A DNA stretch of 64,000 nucleotides, from assembly GCA_024137785.1 (NCBI GenBank), contig JAHRHZ010000217.1, positions 4,907,013 through 4,971,012 of the forward strand, given 5' to 3'. The DNA is from Ginglymostoma cirratum (Eukaryota). This document shows, in pieces, positions 12,560 to 23,590 of the stretch. How positions within the stretch are numbered: position 1 is the stretch's first letter; every line of letters begins with the position of its first letter. A model generated the notes under the pieces. That model had not been told where the DNA came from and ran no database searches. It was given only the letters and a program-made list of their open reading frames with translations. Made by a program: the position numbers and the translations under genes.

Positions 12560-14330
12560 TTCATCCACTCCAAAGTCGCCTGAATGCTGAATGTCTCCTT
12601 ATCTTGATTATAGATCATCACTCCTCCTTTTAAACTTCAGGAAGTATAGAATTAATTTACTCAGCCTTTCATCATTCAACAGCCTTCTCATCCCAGGGAA
12701 CAATTTGGCCACCTTTGTCTTATCACCTCTAATACAAGTAGATCCTACCTTAAATATGGCAATCAAACTGCACACTGTATTCCAGAAGTGGTCTCACCAA
12801 GATCTGCATAACCGTGGTAAGGCTTATTTATTCTCGTATTCAAATCCACTGACAATAAAGTTCTCAATATGTTATTTATCTTCCCAAAGGCTTTTATACT
12901 TGTATACCCATATTATGTATTTCTTGTATGCATACATGCATGTTTGTTTGAACATTAGCATTTACATCTTTCATACCAAGCTATACCATCTTGTCCCCAC
13001 TCATCTGGCCTCTTCATATGCACCCTCTTTGACACTTGCATTTCCACCCAGCTTTGTATAATCAGGAAACCTAGATACGTTACTGTCGTTCACTGTGGCC
13101 AAGTCATTCACATAGATTGCAAATAGCTGAGACGGCAGCACTGATCCTGTGACACTCCACTAGTTGTAGCCTGAAAACATGAACTTGCCATGTTTATCCC
13201 TACTCTCTGCTTTCTGGTCAATTAACTCATCTCTATCAATGCTAATGCATTACCTTCAATTCCATACCTTTGTTGTGGCATCTTATTGAAAGTCTTTTTA
13301 GAAATCCAAGTGTCCTAAAGCTTCTTGTTCCCTTTATATCATTTTTGTTACATTTTTGAATATTCTAATACTTTTGTCAATTTACCTTCTGTCATACCAT
13401 AGTGATTTTGTCTGATCATACTGTGATGTTCTAAATGTATTGTTAAGGCTGTTAGTGATAGATTCATACTACTTTCCCAACAAATGATGCCAGGCTAACT
13501 GGCCTGTAGTTTCCGATTTTACTTCTCACTCCTTTCTTCAATAACTACATCACATTTGCTAACTTCCAATCTGCTGTGAAAATCATAATCAGCACACCAA
13601 AGATCACTATACCTGTGGGTGTCACTTTTAAAACCTGAGGATTGAAGGAGTCAGGTCTTGGAGATTTGTTGAATATTAACTTAAGTTACCCCAACATCTT
13701 ATCTTTGCTGGTCTTAACTAACTTTTTGGAATGGAACTTATGTATTCTACTGCGATGACACTCACAAAATGTTTGTTCAATATCTCTGCCATTTCATTTC
13801 CTTTCTTGATCGTGTTAAAGTTCTCACAATCTGTGTTTAATATCTTTAGTAGCTCTTTTTCTTTTCCCTCCCTTTTTATTGAATATCTGGTAACTCTATG
13901 CTAGTCAGTGACACAGTCTCAATCCTTAGACTTTTTACTGTTCTATCGAACATCACAAAACCTCTTCTTTTAATCAATTATCGTCCTTAACTTTCTCAGT
14001 AAGGTATATGTAGATTTAGTGCTGTCTTTTTTAATGGAAGAGATTTTTAATCGAACATTTTGAATTTTTCCTTTAAATGTTTTGCATTGTTTAAAAACTT
14101 ATTTCAATACCTTTTAATCTATTTACACCAGATTCAGCCAACTCTTCCCTTGTGTTTATGTAATTGGCTTTATTTAAGATTCTTGTTTCTGAATTGAGTA
14201 TATATTTTTTCCCGACAATTGCACTACAATTACTATTTCTGACTAAATCATCTTTTATGATTAAGTCCACCTCATCATGCAACACTACATCTGAACTGTT
14301 ATTATCACTAATTGCAAAATTTTTTTCTTC
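12560..14330 (-). mobile_element. Old CR1 LINE ORF2 relic
   Basis: Minus-strand remnants: DHFWNTVCSL, NYRPVSLAS (13490-13510), RILNKANY (ORF 14091-14360); many stops and indels. Confidence 0.75.
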
Positions 14331-17300
14331 CTTTAAAAGGACAGCATCTAAACTCTCCAAGTGCTCTCTTCATGTTCTTGTCGAATATGATTAAGCCAAC
14401 CCAAACTGCTAATATCCATGCTGAAATGGTGCAGTTCTGTTTCAAATCATAGACCTTCTTGAAATCATTCTGAAGGCCAACCACAGTCTTTTTCATATAA
14501 CTAGCAGCAGCCTTCTAATTGCTGTGCTGCAGCCAATAGGATCTGCCTATTCATTCTTCCTCTTTGAATGTGTTTGTATCTGCTACAAGCCACTGAGCTA
14601 TTTTCAGATGAAATGTGTTGGAAGATGATTAACCAGTATAAATGGAGCACAAACAATGAATGAATTAATGGGTGATGTCATGACTTGCATGTGGTAAAGG
14701 GTATAGTAAGGGAGAGTTACATTGACTCAATCTTAGCCTCTTGTTCAGGCATATCAGAGTGCAGTAGCAGACAAGTTGAAATGGTTTGAGATTATTCCAT
14801 GACATGGGGGAAGGATAACTCTTATGAGTATCTGGCAAGTGGTTTTGGTTCATTTTATTCCAAACATACAAAATAGTACAGGAACCGGTGCAAGGTTCAT
14901 TACATACAAAAGTAAAATGTGTCACAGCTGCAGCATGTGGGAGTTTATGGATGCAGTGTGATCCAGTGTAAACACATTTGTGGTCAATGTTTCTAGCTGT
15001 AGAAACTCAGCTCAGTAATTATGGGCTGGAGGCCAAGTTGCAGAAATAGTGGCACATCAAATTGATGGAAACTTTTACCAGGAGGAAGGCACAGTTATTA
15101 AGAAAATATCTTTTCAATTTTGTCAGTGGTCAGAGACAGGTGAGCATGACTAAGAAACCAGTAAGGGGACCCAGAAGGTAGGAGAACAGGTAACCTCTGC
15201 CATTGAAATGATCTCAAATTTTGAGGTTTTCTTAATCTGATAGATGAAAGCAGAGTCTACAAGGTGAATAATCTCACTGACCATGGTACAGAAAACTATT
15301 CAAGTGAAGGTAGTTTTAAAAAAAAGGAGTGCAAGTATAGGACAGTATTTCCAAGAGGTGTAGTGCTGTTCTGTGCACTTATATAAAAAGAGTTCAAAAA
15401 GTTGTATTGTTTGACCCATTGCTGGGCTCAGAGCATTGGCTCTGAACATCTGCACAGGATTAGACGCGAACTTAGCGAGAAAGGATCCATTCATTATGGC
15501 CCCTGTTGGAGCCAATAACATAGGCAGGCCAAGGAGAGAGGTCCTGCATAGTCAGTTTAAAGGGTTAGGAGACGAATTAAGTAGAACTTCAATGAAGTTA
15601 ATTTCTGGAATAATATTTGAGCTGCATGCAAATTGATATGAAGCAAATATGGCTATAGCAATGCATGCATGATTCAAAGACTGTCGCAGGAGATTTTGGT
15701 TCTCACTCATGGGGAACTGACAACGAGACTATGGAAAGCAATAGTTGAGGGAATAGTCTACAACTGGACTGTCCTGGATCTAGAATTCTAACTAACTGCA
15801 TAATGAGGAAAATAGCGAGGCCTTTAATTTTAAATGGTGTCATGTGATTAAACTTGGTAAGGTGCAATAAATCGATACGTAGAGTCAAATCAATAGTGAA
15901 AGGTATTAATATGAGAAATTCTAAACCTTGACAAGAAGGGATAGAGAGTACAAATCTAAGAGTAGGTCAACAGATAATGCTCACGGTTATAAGAATGGTT
16001 ATATTATAAGAAAGAATTATAAGAAAGGTTAGAATGAATGATTTTGAATCTGTATGCACACTGCTTTTAGAACAAAACAGATGAACAAACTGTGCTAATT
16101 TACTTACTTCTACTTGAACTATACGATCTCCATTGCACAGACATATGACGGGGACATGAATTCTGAAGGGTATGGCAAATTTGGGAAGACAAAGCTAGCA
16201 AAAAGATGGATGTTAATCAATTAGTGATAATAACAATGGATATGAGTTCAATAATCTAAGATGTCGATGGTGTTTTGGGAGAGGTAAGAAAGTAGAAAGG
16301 CAAGAAATCACCTTGTGGGAGTAGGGTACAGGTGCCTAGAATTAAATCAGCTAGTACAGTGGAGGAGAAAGGAAGAACTATCTTGACCTTGTTCGAGGGA
16401 GCAACAATAATTCTAGAAGATTTTAACTTACGCAGACTGGAAAAAGATAGCCGAGATGAGGAATTCCTAAAATGTTTGCTTCTGGGACATTCCTTACAGC
16501 AACATATTGAAGATTCAACTGCAGATTTAATTAAACAATGAGAGAGTTTTACTGAATGATTTGGTGTTTGTGCCCCTAGTAGCAGTAGTCATAATTTGAC
16601 CAAAGTTTGTATTCGGTTTGAGAAAGAAGGGATTTTTCCCAGGACTAGTACATTAAACCTAAGTCCATTATAAGGGCAGGAAAGCAAATTAGCTAAAGTG
16701 TACTCTCCAATTATTCAGACTATAACAATAGGGATGCAATGCAGGACACTTAATGGAATATTTCAGAAACTGAGTGGATGGGTTCCATGAGAAACAAATT
16801 CCAGGGAGCAGAACTGTGTGCAGTTAACTAAAATGATTAGAGAGAGTACTTTGAAGCAGCAAGGACTAGCTAAATGATTAATTGAGGGAAAGATTAGAGT
16901 AGGTTAAGAAAGTGAGCTAGAAATATGAAGATTGAGTTTCTATAATTTCTTTGTTTTAAAAAGGAGAATAAATATTCCACTAAGTCTTGATCCTTTAGTC
17001 GGTGAGCTTGGAGAATCAATGAAAAGTAAAGATACGTCAGATGAATTGACCAGGTGTTCTGTATCAATTTTCACTGTAAGGGATAGAAGTAATATCCCGA
17101 AAATAGCTGTCAATCAGGAAAGGGGAAAGTAGGAAAGAAAAATTATCACCAGGGAAGTGATAGTGAGCAAATTATCAGACCTGTGTAATGACAAGCTCTC
17201 AGGTCCAGATGGGTTTCCTGTGGTTTTAAATTAAAATGTTAATGACACAGTAAATGTGTCATTTCTAAATTTTTAAATTCTCTTTATTGGGGAAAGTCCC

Positions 17301-17387
17301 ATTTAGGTTAGCAGATAACAAGTGTAACTCATCCGTTCAAAAGACAGGCAAACAGGCTTAACATCAATCATGGGCAAAGTACTGAAA

Positions 17388-19006
17388 GTTGAATAAGCCT
17401 TTGCATCAGTTTTCACAGTAGAAGATACCAGCTACACACCAGAACTTCAGCAGAGTCAGGGGACAGAGGCGATTGTAGTGACTATCACTAAGGAGAAAGT
17501 TTTGAGAAAGCTTAAAAGTCGAAAAGTGAATAAATCACCTGGACAAAATGGAGTGCAATTCAGGGTTCTGAAGGAGATGGATGAGAAGGTTATGGAGGCA
17601 TTGGTATTGATCCTTCAGCAATTGTTGGAGTCAGGGAGAATTCCAGAGGACTGAAAAATGGCTATTATAAACACACTTGTTGAAGAAGGGAGGGAGGGAA
17701 AAGACAGGAAACTATAAGCTGGCTCGCTTGATCTCAGTCATTAGTAAGATTTTCGTGTCCATTATTAAGGATGAGTACAAGGAAATGCATGGTAAAATAG
17801 GGCTGAATCAGCACGGCTTTGTCTTGGAGAGGTCATGCCTAACAAATCTGTTAGAATTTTTTTGAGCAGTTAATAAACAAGTTAAATGAGAACCAGAAGG
17901 CTATGACATGGTGCTGCTCTGAGACTGCTAAATAAATAAGAGCCCATGTGTTAAGGGCAAGGTACTGACATGAAAATAGGATTGGCTGACTGGCAGAAAG
18001 CAGAAAAGGGGATAAAGGGGTCTTTTTCGGGATAACAGTCAGTGACCAGTGGAGTTCTGCAGGGTCCATGTTGGAATAACAACTATTCACTTTATACACT
18101 AATGAACTGGATGAAGATACTGGGCATTGTGTCTAAAGCCACAGATGACACAAATATAGCTGGAGGAACAGGTTGTTTTAAGGGAATGGCGAGATGGCAG
18201 AAGAACTTAGACAGGCTAGGAGAGTGGGCAAAGAAGTGGCAGATGCAATACAATGTCAGAAAATGTGAGGTTATGCACTTTGGTAGGAAGAATAGAAGTA
18301 TAGACTATTTTCTAAACAGGAAAAGGCTTCAGAAATCTGAAGCACAAAGGACTTAAGATTCTTTAGTTGAACCTGCATGTTACTCTTAAGAAGGCAAATG
18401 TAATATCAGTATTCACTTCAAGAGCGCTAGAATAGAACAGCAGAGGTATACTGCTGAGGCTATACAAGGCTGTAGTCAGATGGCATTTAGAATATTGTGA
18501 GCAGTTTTGTGAAGTGTATCTAAGGAAGGATGTACTATCCTCTGGAGAGGGTCCAGAGGAGGTAGACAAGATTCTGGGGATGAAGAGCTTGTCATATGAG
18601 GAACAGTTAAGGACTCGAGGTCTGATTTGATGGAGTTTGAATGGATGATCGGGAATCTGATTGAAACTTAGAGAATGTTAAGGCCTGGATAGAATGGATG
18701 TGGAGAACATGCCTCCATTGGTTGGAGAGACTAGGACCCAAGCAGGATGAAGGTACAACCCTTTAGAACTGAAATGAAAAGGAATTTCTTCAGCGAGAGG
18801 GTGATGAATTTGTGGAACCCGTTGCCACAGAAGGCAGTGAAGACCAAGTCATTCTGTATATTTAAGACAGAAAGGATTTCTTGATTGGTATAGTGGTCAA
18901 GGGTCACAGGGAGAAAGCAGGGGTTGAAATGCATCAGCCATGATCAAATGGCAGAACATACTCTAGGCTGAATGGCCTAATTCTGCTCCCATGCCTTATG
19001 GTCTTA
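17388..19006 (+). mobile_element. 5'-truncated CR1 LINE nested in the older CR1
   Basis: Repeats the FASVFT/KSPG region already present upstream; NQHGFV, SCLTNLLEFF, WAKKWQMQYNVRKCEVMHFG; tail GAATGGCCTAATTCTGCTCC..TTATGGTCTT. Confidence 0.85.
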
Positions 19007-19084
19007 AGCTATTACTAAAGTTGTAGAGCAAAGCACTTAGAAAAATTCAAGGTAATGAGGTAGAGTCAACATGGCTTTTGTGAA

Positions 19085-19619
19085 GGAGATAAAAGGTACT
19101 GCAGATGCTGGAGAATCCGAGATAACAAGCATGGGGCTGGATGAACACAGCAGGTCAAGCAGCATCATANNNNNNNNNNNNNNNNNNNNNNNNNNNNNNN
19201 NNNNNNNNNNNNNNNNNNNNNNNNNNNNNNNNNNNNNNNNNNNNNNNNNNNNNNNNNNNNNNNNNNNNNNNNNNNNNNNNNNNNNNNNNNNNNNNNNNNN
19301 NNNNNNNNNNNNNNNNNNNNNNNNNNNNNNNNNNNNNNNNNNNNNNNNNNNNNNNNNNNNNNNNNNNNNNNNNNNNNNNNNNNNNNNNNNNNNNNNNNNN
19401 NNNNNNNNNNNNNNNNNNNNNNNNNNNNNNNNNNNNNNNNNNNNNNNNNNNNNNNNNNNNNNNNNNNNNNNNNNNNNNNNNNNNNNNNNNNNNNNNNNNN
19501 NNNNNNNNNNNNNNNNNNNNNNNNNNNNNNNNNNNNNNNNNNNNNNNNNNNNNNNNNNNNNNNNNNNNNTATGATGCTGCTTGACCTGCTGTGTTCATCC
19601 AGCCCCATGCTTGTTATCT
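19085..19619. mobile_element. Young fold-back PLE insertion with centre hidden by a gap
   Basis: Identical 50-nt inverted arms 19120-19169 and 19570-19619; 33-nt tail 19086-19118; perfect TSD ATGGCTTTTGTGAA at 19071-19084 and 19620-19633. Confidence 0.9.
19170..19569. other. Assembly gap (400 N)
   Basis: Run of N. Confidence 1.
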
Positions 19620-20244
19620 ATGGCTTTTGTGAAAGCAGATTGTTCAGCCAATTCATTTAAGTTGTTTGAATAAATATGTTGTGAATAAAGGGGAACCAAC
19701 GGATAAACAGTTCTTATATCTTCTGAAACCAGTTTCTCGGGCACCAGATCAAAAGTGGTCGCAGAAAACGATGCTCAAGTACTGCAGACAAAAATGCAGG
19801 CTAGTAAAGTGAGAATGGTTGTCACCTCTGTTTGAGTTGAAATAGGTAGTGTTTATATGCATCCTTTCTGCCTGAAAGGACAGGGCCTTGGTCAATAACC
19901 TTTTATTGCTTCCAGTAAACACAAATGTACCACATTCCTAGCCTGACTGAATTCTAAATTGGTTGTCAGTATAATTCTTAACACAGGATTGTTTAGCAAG
20001 CATTAGCTAATTTCAGAATAACATCTAGATGTTGAATGCTGAGAGAAGCTTTAAACATAAGATTATTGGGTATATTCATTCCTTTAATTGTGAACAACTG
20101 AAAGGCGATGCTGTTTAATATAATCTACCAGCCTTTGGAACATATGATCTACATTCTAACCTTATTCTCAGTGAAAAAGCTCCGTTCTATCTAATAATCA
20201 TTGTAAAGTTTTTAAAAAAATATGGTTTAAGGGATGAACAAATG

Positions 20245-20370
20245 GACATATGATTAGAAGCAGGAGTAGGCCACTTAGCACCTCAAGCCTGCTCTGCCAT
20301 TCAATAAATCATGATTGATCTAGTTTCTTTATATTCCCACCTAGCCTCAAAACTAGCTTTCACCTGTTAT
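20245..20370 (-). mobile_element. CR1 3' UTR fragment
   Basis: GCAGGAGTAGGCCA..AGCCTGCTCTGCCATTCAATA..ATCATG is the reverse complement of the CR1 tail seen at ~18935-19000 and 62950-63025. Confidence 0.65.
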
Positions 20371-21038
20371 TATTGAGTTAGATGAAGGTGACAAAGGATA
20401 GGTTTAAAGTAAGTTGTGAAGAGGACACTGAAGCAAGAAAAGGTTGCAGACAAAATGAGAGGGTAAAAAATATGAAAATTTCTACTCTGGAAGAAAGAAA
20501 ATAAAACAAGTAATTATAATAACAGTTCATCCACTTCACCAACACCTTCCACCCCAACCTGAAGTTCACCTGGACCATCTCTAACACCTCTCTCTCCTTC
20601 CTGGACCTCTCTGTCTCCATCTCGGGAAACCACCTAGAAACCGATATCCATTTCAAAGCCCACTGACTCCCACAGCTACCCAGAATACATCTCCTCCCAC
20701 CCACCTTCCTGCAAATGTGCCATCCCCTATTCCCAATTCCTTTGCCTCTGCCGCATCTGCTCCCAGGATGAGGCATTCCACTCCCGTACATCTCAGATGT
20801 CCTCATTCTTCAAGGACCGCAACCTCTCCCCATCAATGGTCGAGAACGCCCTCGACCGTGTCTCCCGCATTTCCCGCAACTCATCTCTCACACCCCGTCC
20901 CCACAATAACAACCAAAAAAAATCCCCCTTGTCCTCACGTACCACCCCACCAACCTCCAGATCCAACGCATCATCCTCTGACACTTCCGCCATCTGCAAT
21001 CCGACCCCACCACCAAAGACACTTTTCCCTCCCCACCC

Positions 21039-21587
21039 TTGTCTGCTTTCCAGAGGGACCACTCTCTCCGTGACTCCCTTGTCTGCTCCACACTCCCCTC
21101 CAGCCCCACCACACCCGGCACTTTTCCCTGCAACCGCAGGAAGTGCTACACCTGCCCCCACACCTCATCCCTCACCCCAATCCCAGGCCCCAAGAAGACT
21201 TTCCACATCAAGCAGATGTTCACCTGCACATCTGCCAATGTGGTATACTGCATCCGCTGTACCCATTGTGGCTTCCTCTACATCGGGGAAGCCAAGCGGA
21301 GGCTTGGGGACCGCTTTGCAGAACACCTGCGCTCAGTTCGCAACAAACAACTGCATCTCCCAGTCGCGAACCATTTCAACTCCCCCTCCCACTCCTCAGA
21401 CGACATGTCCATCCTGGGCCTCCTGCAATGCCACAATGAGGCCACCCGAAGGCTACAGGAACAGCAAATCATATTCAGCCTGGGAACCCTGCAGCCCAAT
21501 GGCATCAATGTGGACTTCACAAGCTTCAAAATCTCCCCTCCCCCAACCGCATCCCAAAACCAGCCCAGCTCATCTCCACCTCCCTAA
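21039..21587 (+). pseudogene. PLE GIY-YIG endonuclease domain (C-terminal part of disrupted ORF)
   Basis: Cys-rich linker CNRRKCYTC followed by VVY/YIG motifs, catalytic-type R and E, and PNGIN motif. Confidence 0.9.
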
Positions 21588-21855
21588 CCTGTTTTTCCTC
21601 TCACCTATCCCCTCCTCCCACCTCAAGCCCCACCCCCATCTTCTACCTACTAACATCATCCCGCCCCCTTGACCTGTCCATCCTCCCTGGACTGACCTAT
21701 CTCCTCCCTACCCCCCCACCTACACTCACTTTTACTGGGTCCAGCCCGCCTCTTTGACTTGTCTGTCTCCTCTGCACCTATCCTCTCCTCTATCCATCCT
21801 CTATCCGCCTCCCCCTGTCTCCCTATTTATTTCAGAACCCTCTTCCCCTCCCCCA

Positions 21856-21889
21856 TTTCTGATGAAGGGTCTAGGCCCGAAACGTCAAG
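21856..21889 (+). ncRNA. Minimal type I hammerhead ribozyme motif (PLE-associated)
   Basis: ttt-CTGATGA-A-GGGT-ctag-GCCC-GAAAC-GTC-aag: intact core, 4-bp stem II, palindromic ACGT stem III, predicted cleavage after GUC (21886). Confidence 0.75.
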
Positions 21890-23009
21890 CTTTCCTGCTC
21901 CTATGATGCTGCTTGACCTGCTGTGTTCATCCAGCTCCACACCTTGTTATCTCGGATTCTCCAGCATCTGCAGTACCTTTTATCTCTGATGTAATTATAA
22001 TGTTAAGTATTTGCAGAACTTTAAGATGCAGAGGGATCCATGTGTTTTAGTGTATGACTTGAAGTCTGGAATGCAGATGCAGCAAATAATTAGGAAAGCC
22101 ATTAGAAAGATATCATTTGCTGCTCATATTTGCTAGAGTTTAGAAGTGTAAGAAGCAGCTTGGTTGAAACACAAGATCAAGGTGCCTTGACAGGACGCAG
22201 GATGAAGAGATGTTTCTTGTTGGGGGGAGGAATATAAGAACTAGAGGTCACCCATTTAAGACTCCACTTTCCAGTTAAAGGAAATACGGTTTCAGAATGC
22301 TAAAAGGTATGTGCTTTCACATTTTCCAGAGTAGCAGGGTTTTTATTTATGCAGAATGTGTTCATGTGCTTGGGTTGCCTACCAGAGTAACCATACTGCT
22401 AGCAGACCACATCACCACTGGCTGCCTTTTTAATTTGTTATTGCAGCTGATTGTTGCAAAATGAAGTCATCATGACTGTCTGGCAAGACATCAGACATTG
22501 ACCTGCAATGATTCTCCACTGGTGGTCCCATACGAGCTATATATTGAAGGTGTGGAATTCCTTTTGGTTCCAATATGTTGTGGAGCGAGCGTGTGGTGCC
22601 TACAAATCTTGCCGTCGACAGCACTCTACACCCTGGAGATGGCTGCAATTATACCAATGTAATGTATTCATTCTATTTGCTTCCCTCTGGCAAGAGAGAA
22701 TTAAATGTGGTTAGCTCTTTTAAAGTAGAGAGCTGTAGTGGCCTGCCTTACACAACCGTGGAGAGCAAGCTGGAAATGCTGTGACTATCTCTGACTTCAG
22801 CCTAAAAGCAGCCACAAAAATAACCATGGTGATCATCATCACTTTCATAACCACTGACAATGTAACCCTCACTCTGCTCTGAGTTAGTTGTTGTGCCTTC
22901 AGCAGGTGTAGGAAGGCCATCCTGAAGCATAGCATTCCTTCTGAGGTTCAAGTGAGTAAACTTCCTGTGGAAGTCAGATTGTGCGAAAAATAACAGATTC
23001 CCAACCCTG

Positions 23010-23590
23010 AAAACATTTCAAGTCCGAATCACTCTTCGTGCTCAAAGAAGAGTCGCATTGGACTCCGAGGAAGGTTTGAATTATAAAGTAAGGCTGGGTT
23101 TTTTTCACTGGAGCGTAGGAGGCGCAAGGTGACCTTTATAGAGGTTTATAAAATCTTGAAGGGTATAGACAGGGTTAATGGTACATGCCTTTTCCCTAGG
23201 ATAGGCAATTTCAAGATGAGGGGCATATTTAAGGTGAGGAGAAAGATTTTTTAAAAATGAGGGCCAAATTGTTTTTCCACATGCATACTACCCTCTGTGT
23301 AATGAACATATGGAGGAAGTGGTGGATGTGGGCACAGTTACAACATTTAAAAGAGATTTGGAAAAGTATATGAATAGGAAATATTTGGAGGGATATGGGC
23401 CAGGAGCAAGCAGGTGAAGCTAGTTTAGTTTGTAATTTTGTTCGGCATGGACTGAATAGACCAAAGGGTTTGTTTCCGTGCTGTATGACTCTATGACTTT
23501 AACTTGACAGATACAGCTAGACCTGCTGAGGTGTTCTACTACTGTTTTTATTTCAGATTTCCAGCACCTCTAGTATTTGGCTGCTATAAA
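23010..23590. mobile_element. Older fold-back PLE relic interrupted by a CR1
   Basis: Opposed hammerhead remnants at 23011-23066 (GAAGAGTC..GACTC); resumes TTAACT..AGACCTGCTGAG..TTCAGATTTCCAGCA after 23498. Confidence 0.55.
23067..23498 (+). mobile_element. CR1 3' fragment
   Basis: LGFFSLERRR..IEVYKILKGIDRV; tail CCGTGCTGTATGACTCTATGACT. Confidence 0.9.

Larger units (their letters stand above)
14918..19780 (+). mobile_element. Old near full-length CR1 LINE (ORF1 zinc finger + SGNH esterase, ORF2), interrupted by a younger CR1 and a PLE
   Basis: CHSCSMWEF..HICGQC at ~14920, PVGANNIG at ~15500, LEDFN at ~16410; ORF2 resumes after 19006 (HLEKFK..SQHGFVK) and after 19633. Confidence 0.75.
20521..21986 (+). 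mobile_element. Penelope-like retrotransposon, 5'-truncated (RT thumb + GIY-YIG endonuclease + 3' end with hammerhead and tail)
   Basis: FTNTFHPNLKFT..LSFLDL, KPTDSHSY..SSHP, NVVYCIRC..CG..YIGE.KR.L..RF.EH, VANHFN; frameshifts near 20655 and 20915; TSD GTAATTATAAT at 20510-20520 and 21991-22001. Confidence 0.95.
20400..22265 (+). mobile_element. Old CR1 RT C-terminal relic split by the PLE at 20521-21986
   Basis: VSCEEDT upstream; QRDPCVLV, QQIIRKA and AGAACTAGAGGTCA downstream. Confidence 0.55.

Noticed and set aside
14091-14360. 89-aa ORF as host gene
   Set aside because: Colinear with the surrounding minus-strand CR1 ORF2 relic.
19071-19608. 147-167 aa ORFs on both strands
   Set aside because: Artefacts of translating through the N gap.
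20797-21672. 291-aa Pro/Ser/Thr-rich ORF
   Set aside because: Only the first ~40 aa are in the PLE frame; the rest is an off-frame reading of C-rich PLE after a poly-A frameshift.
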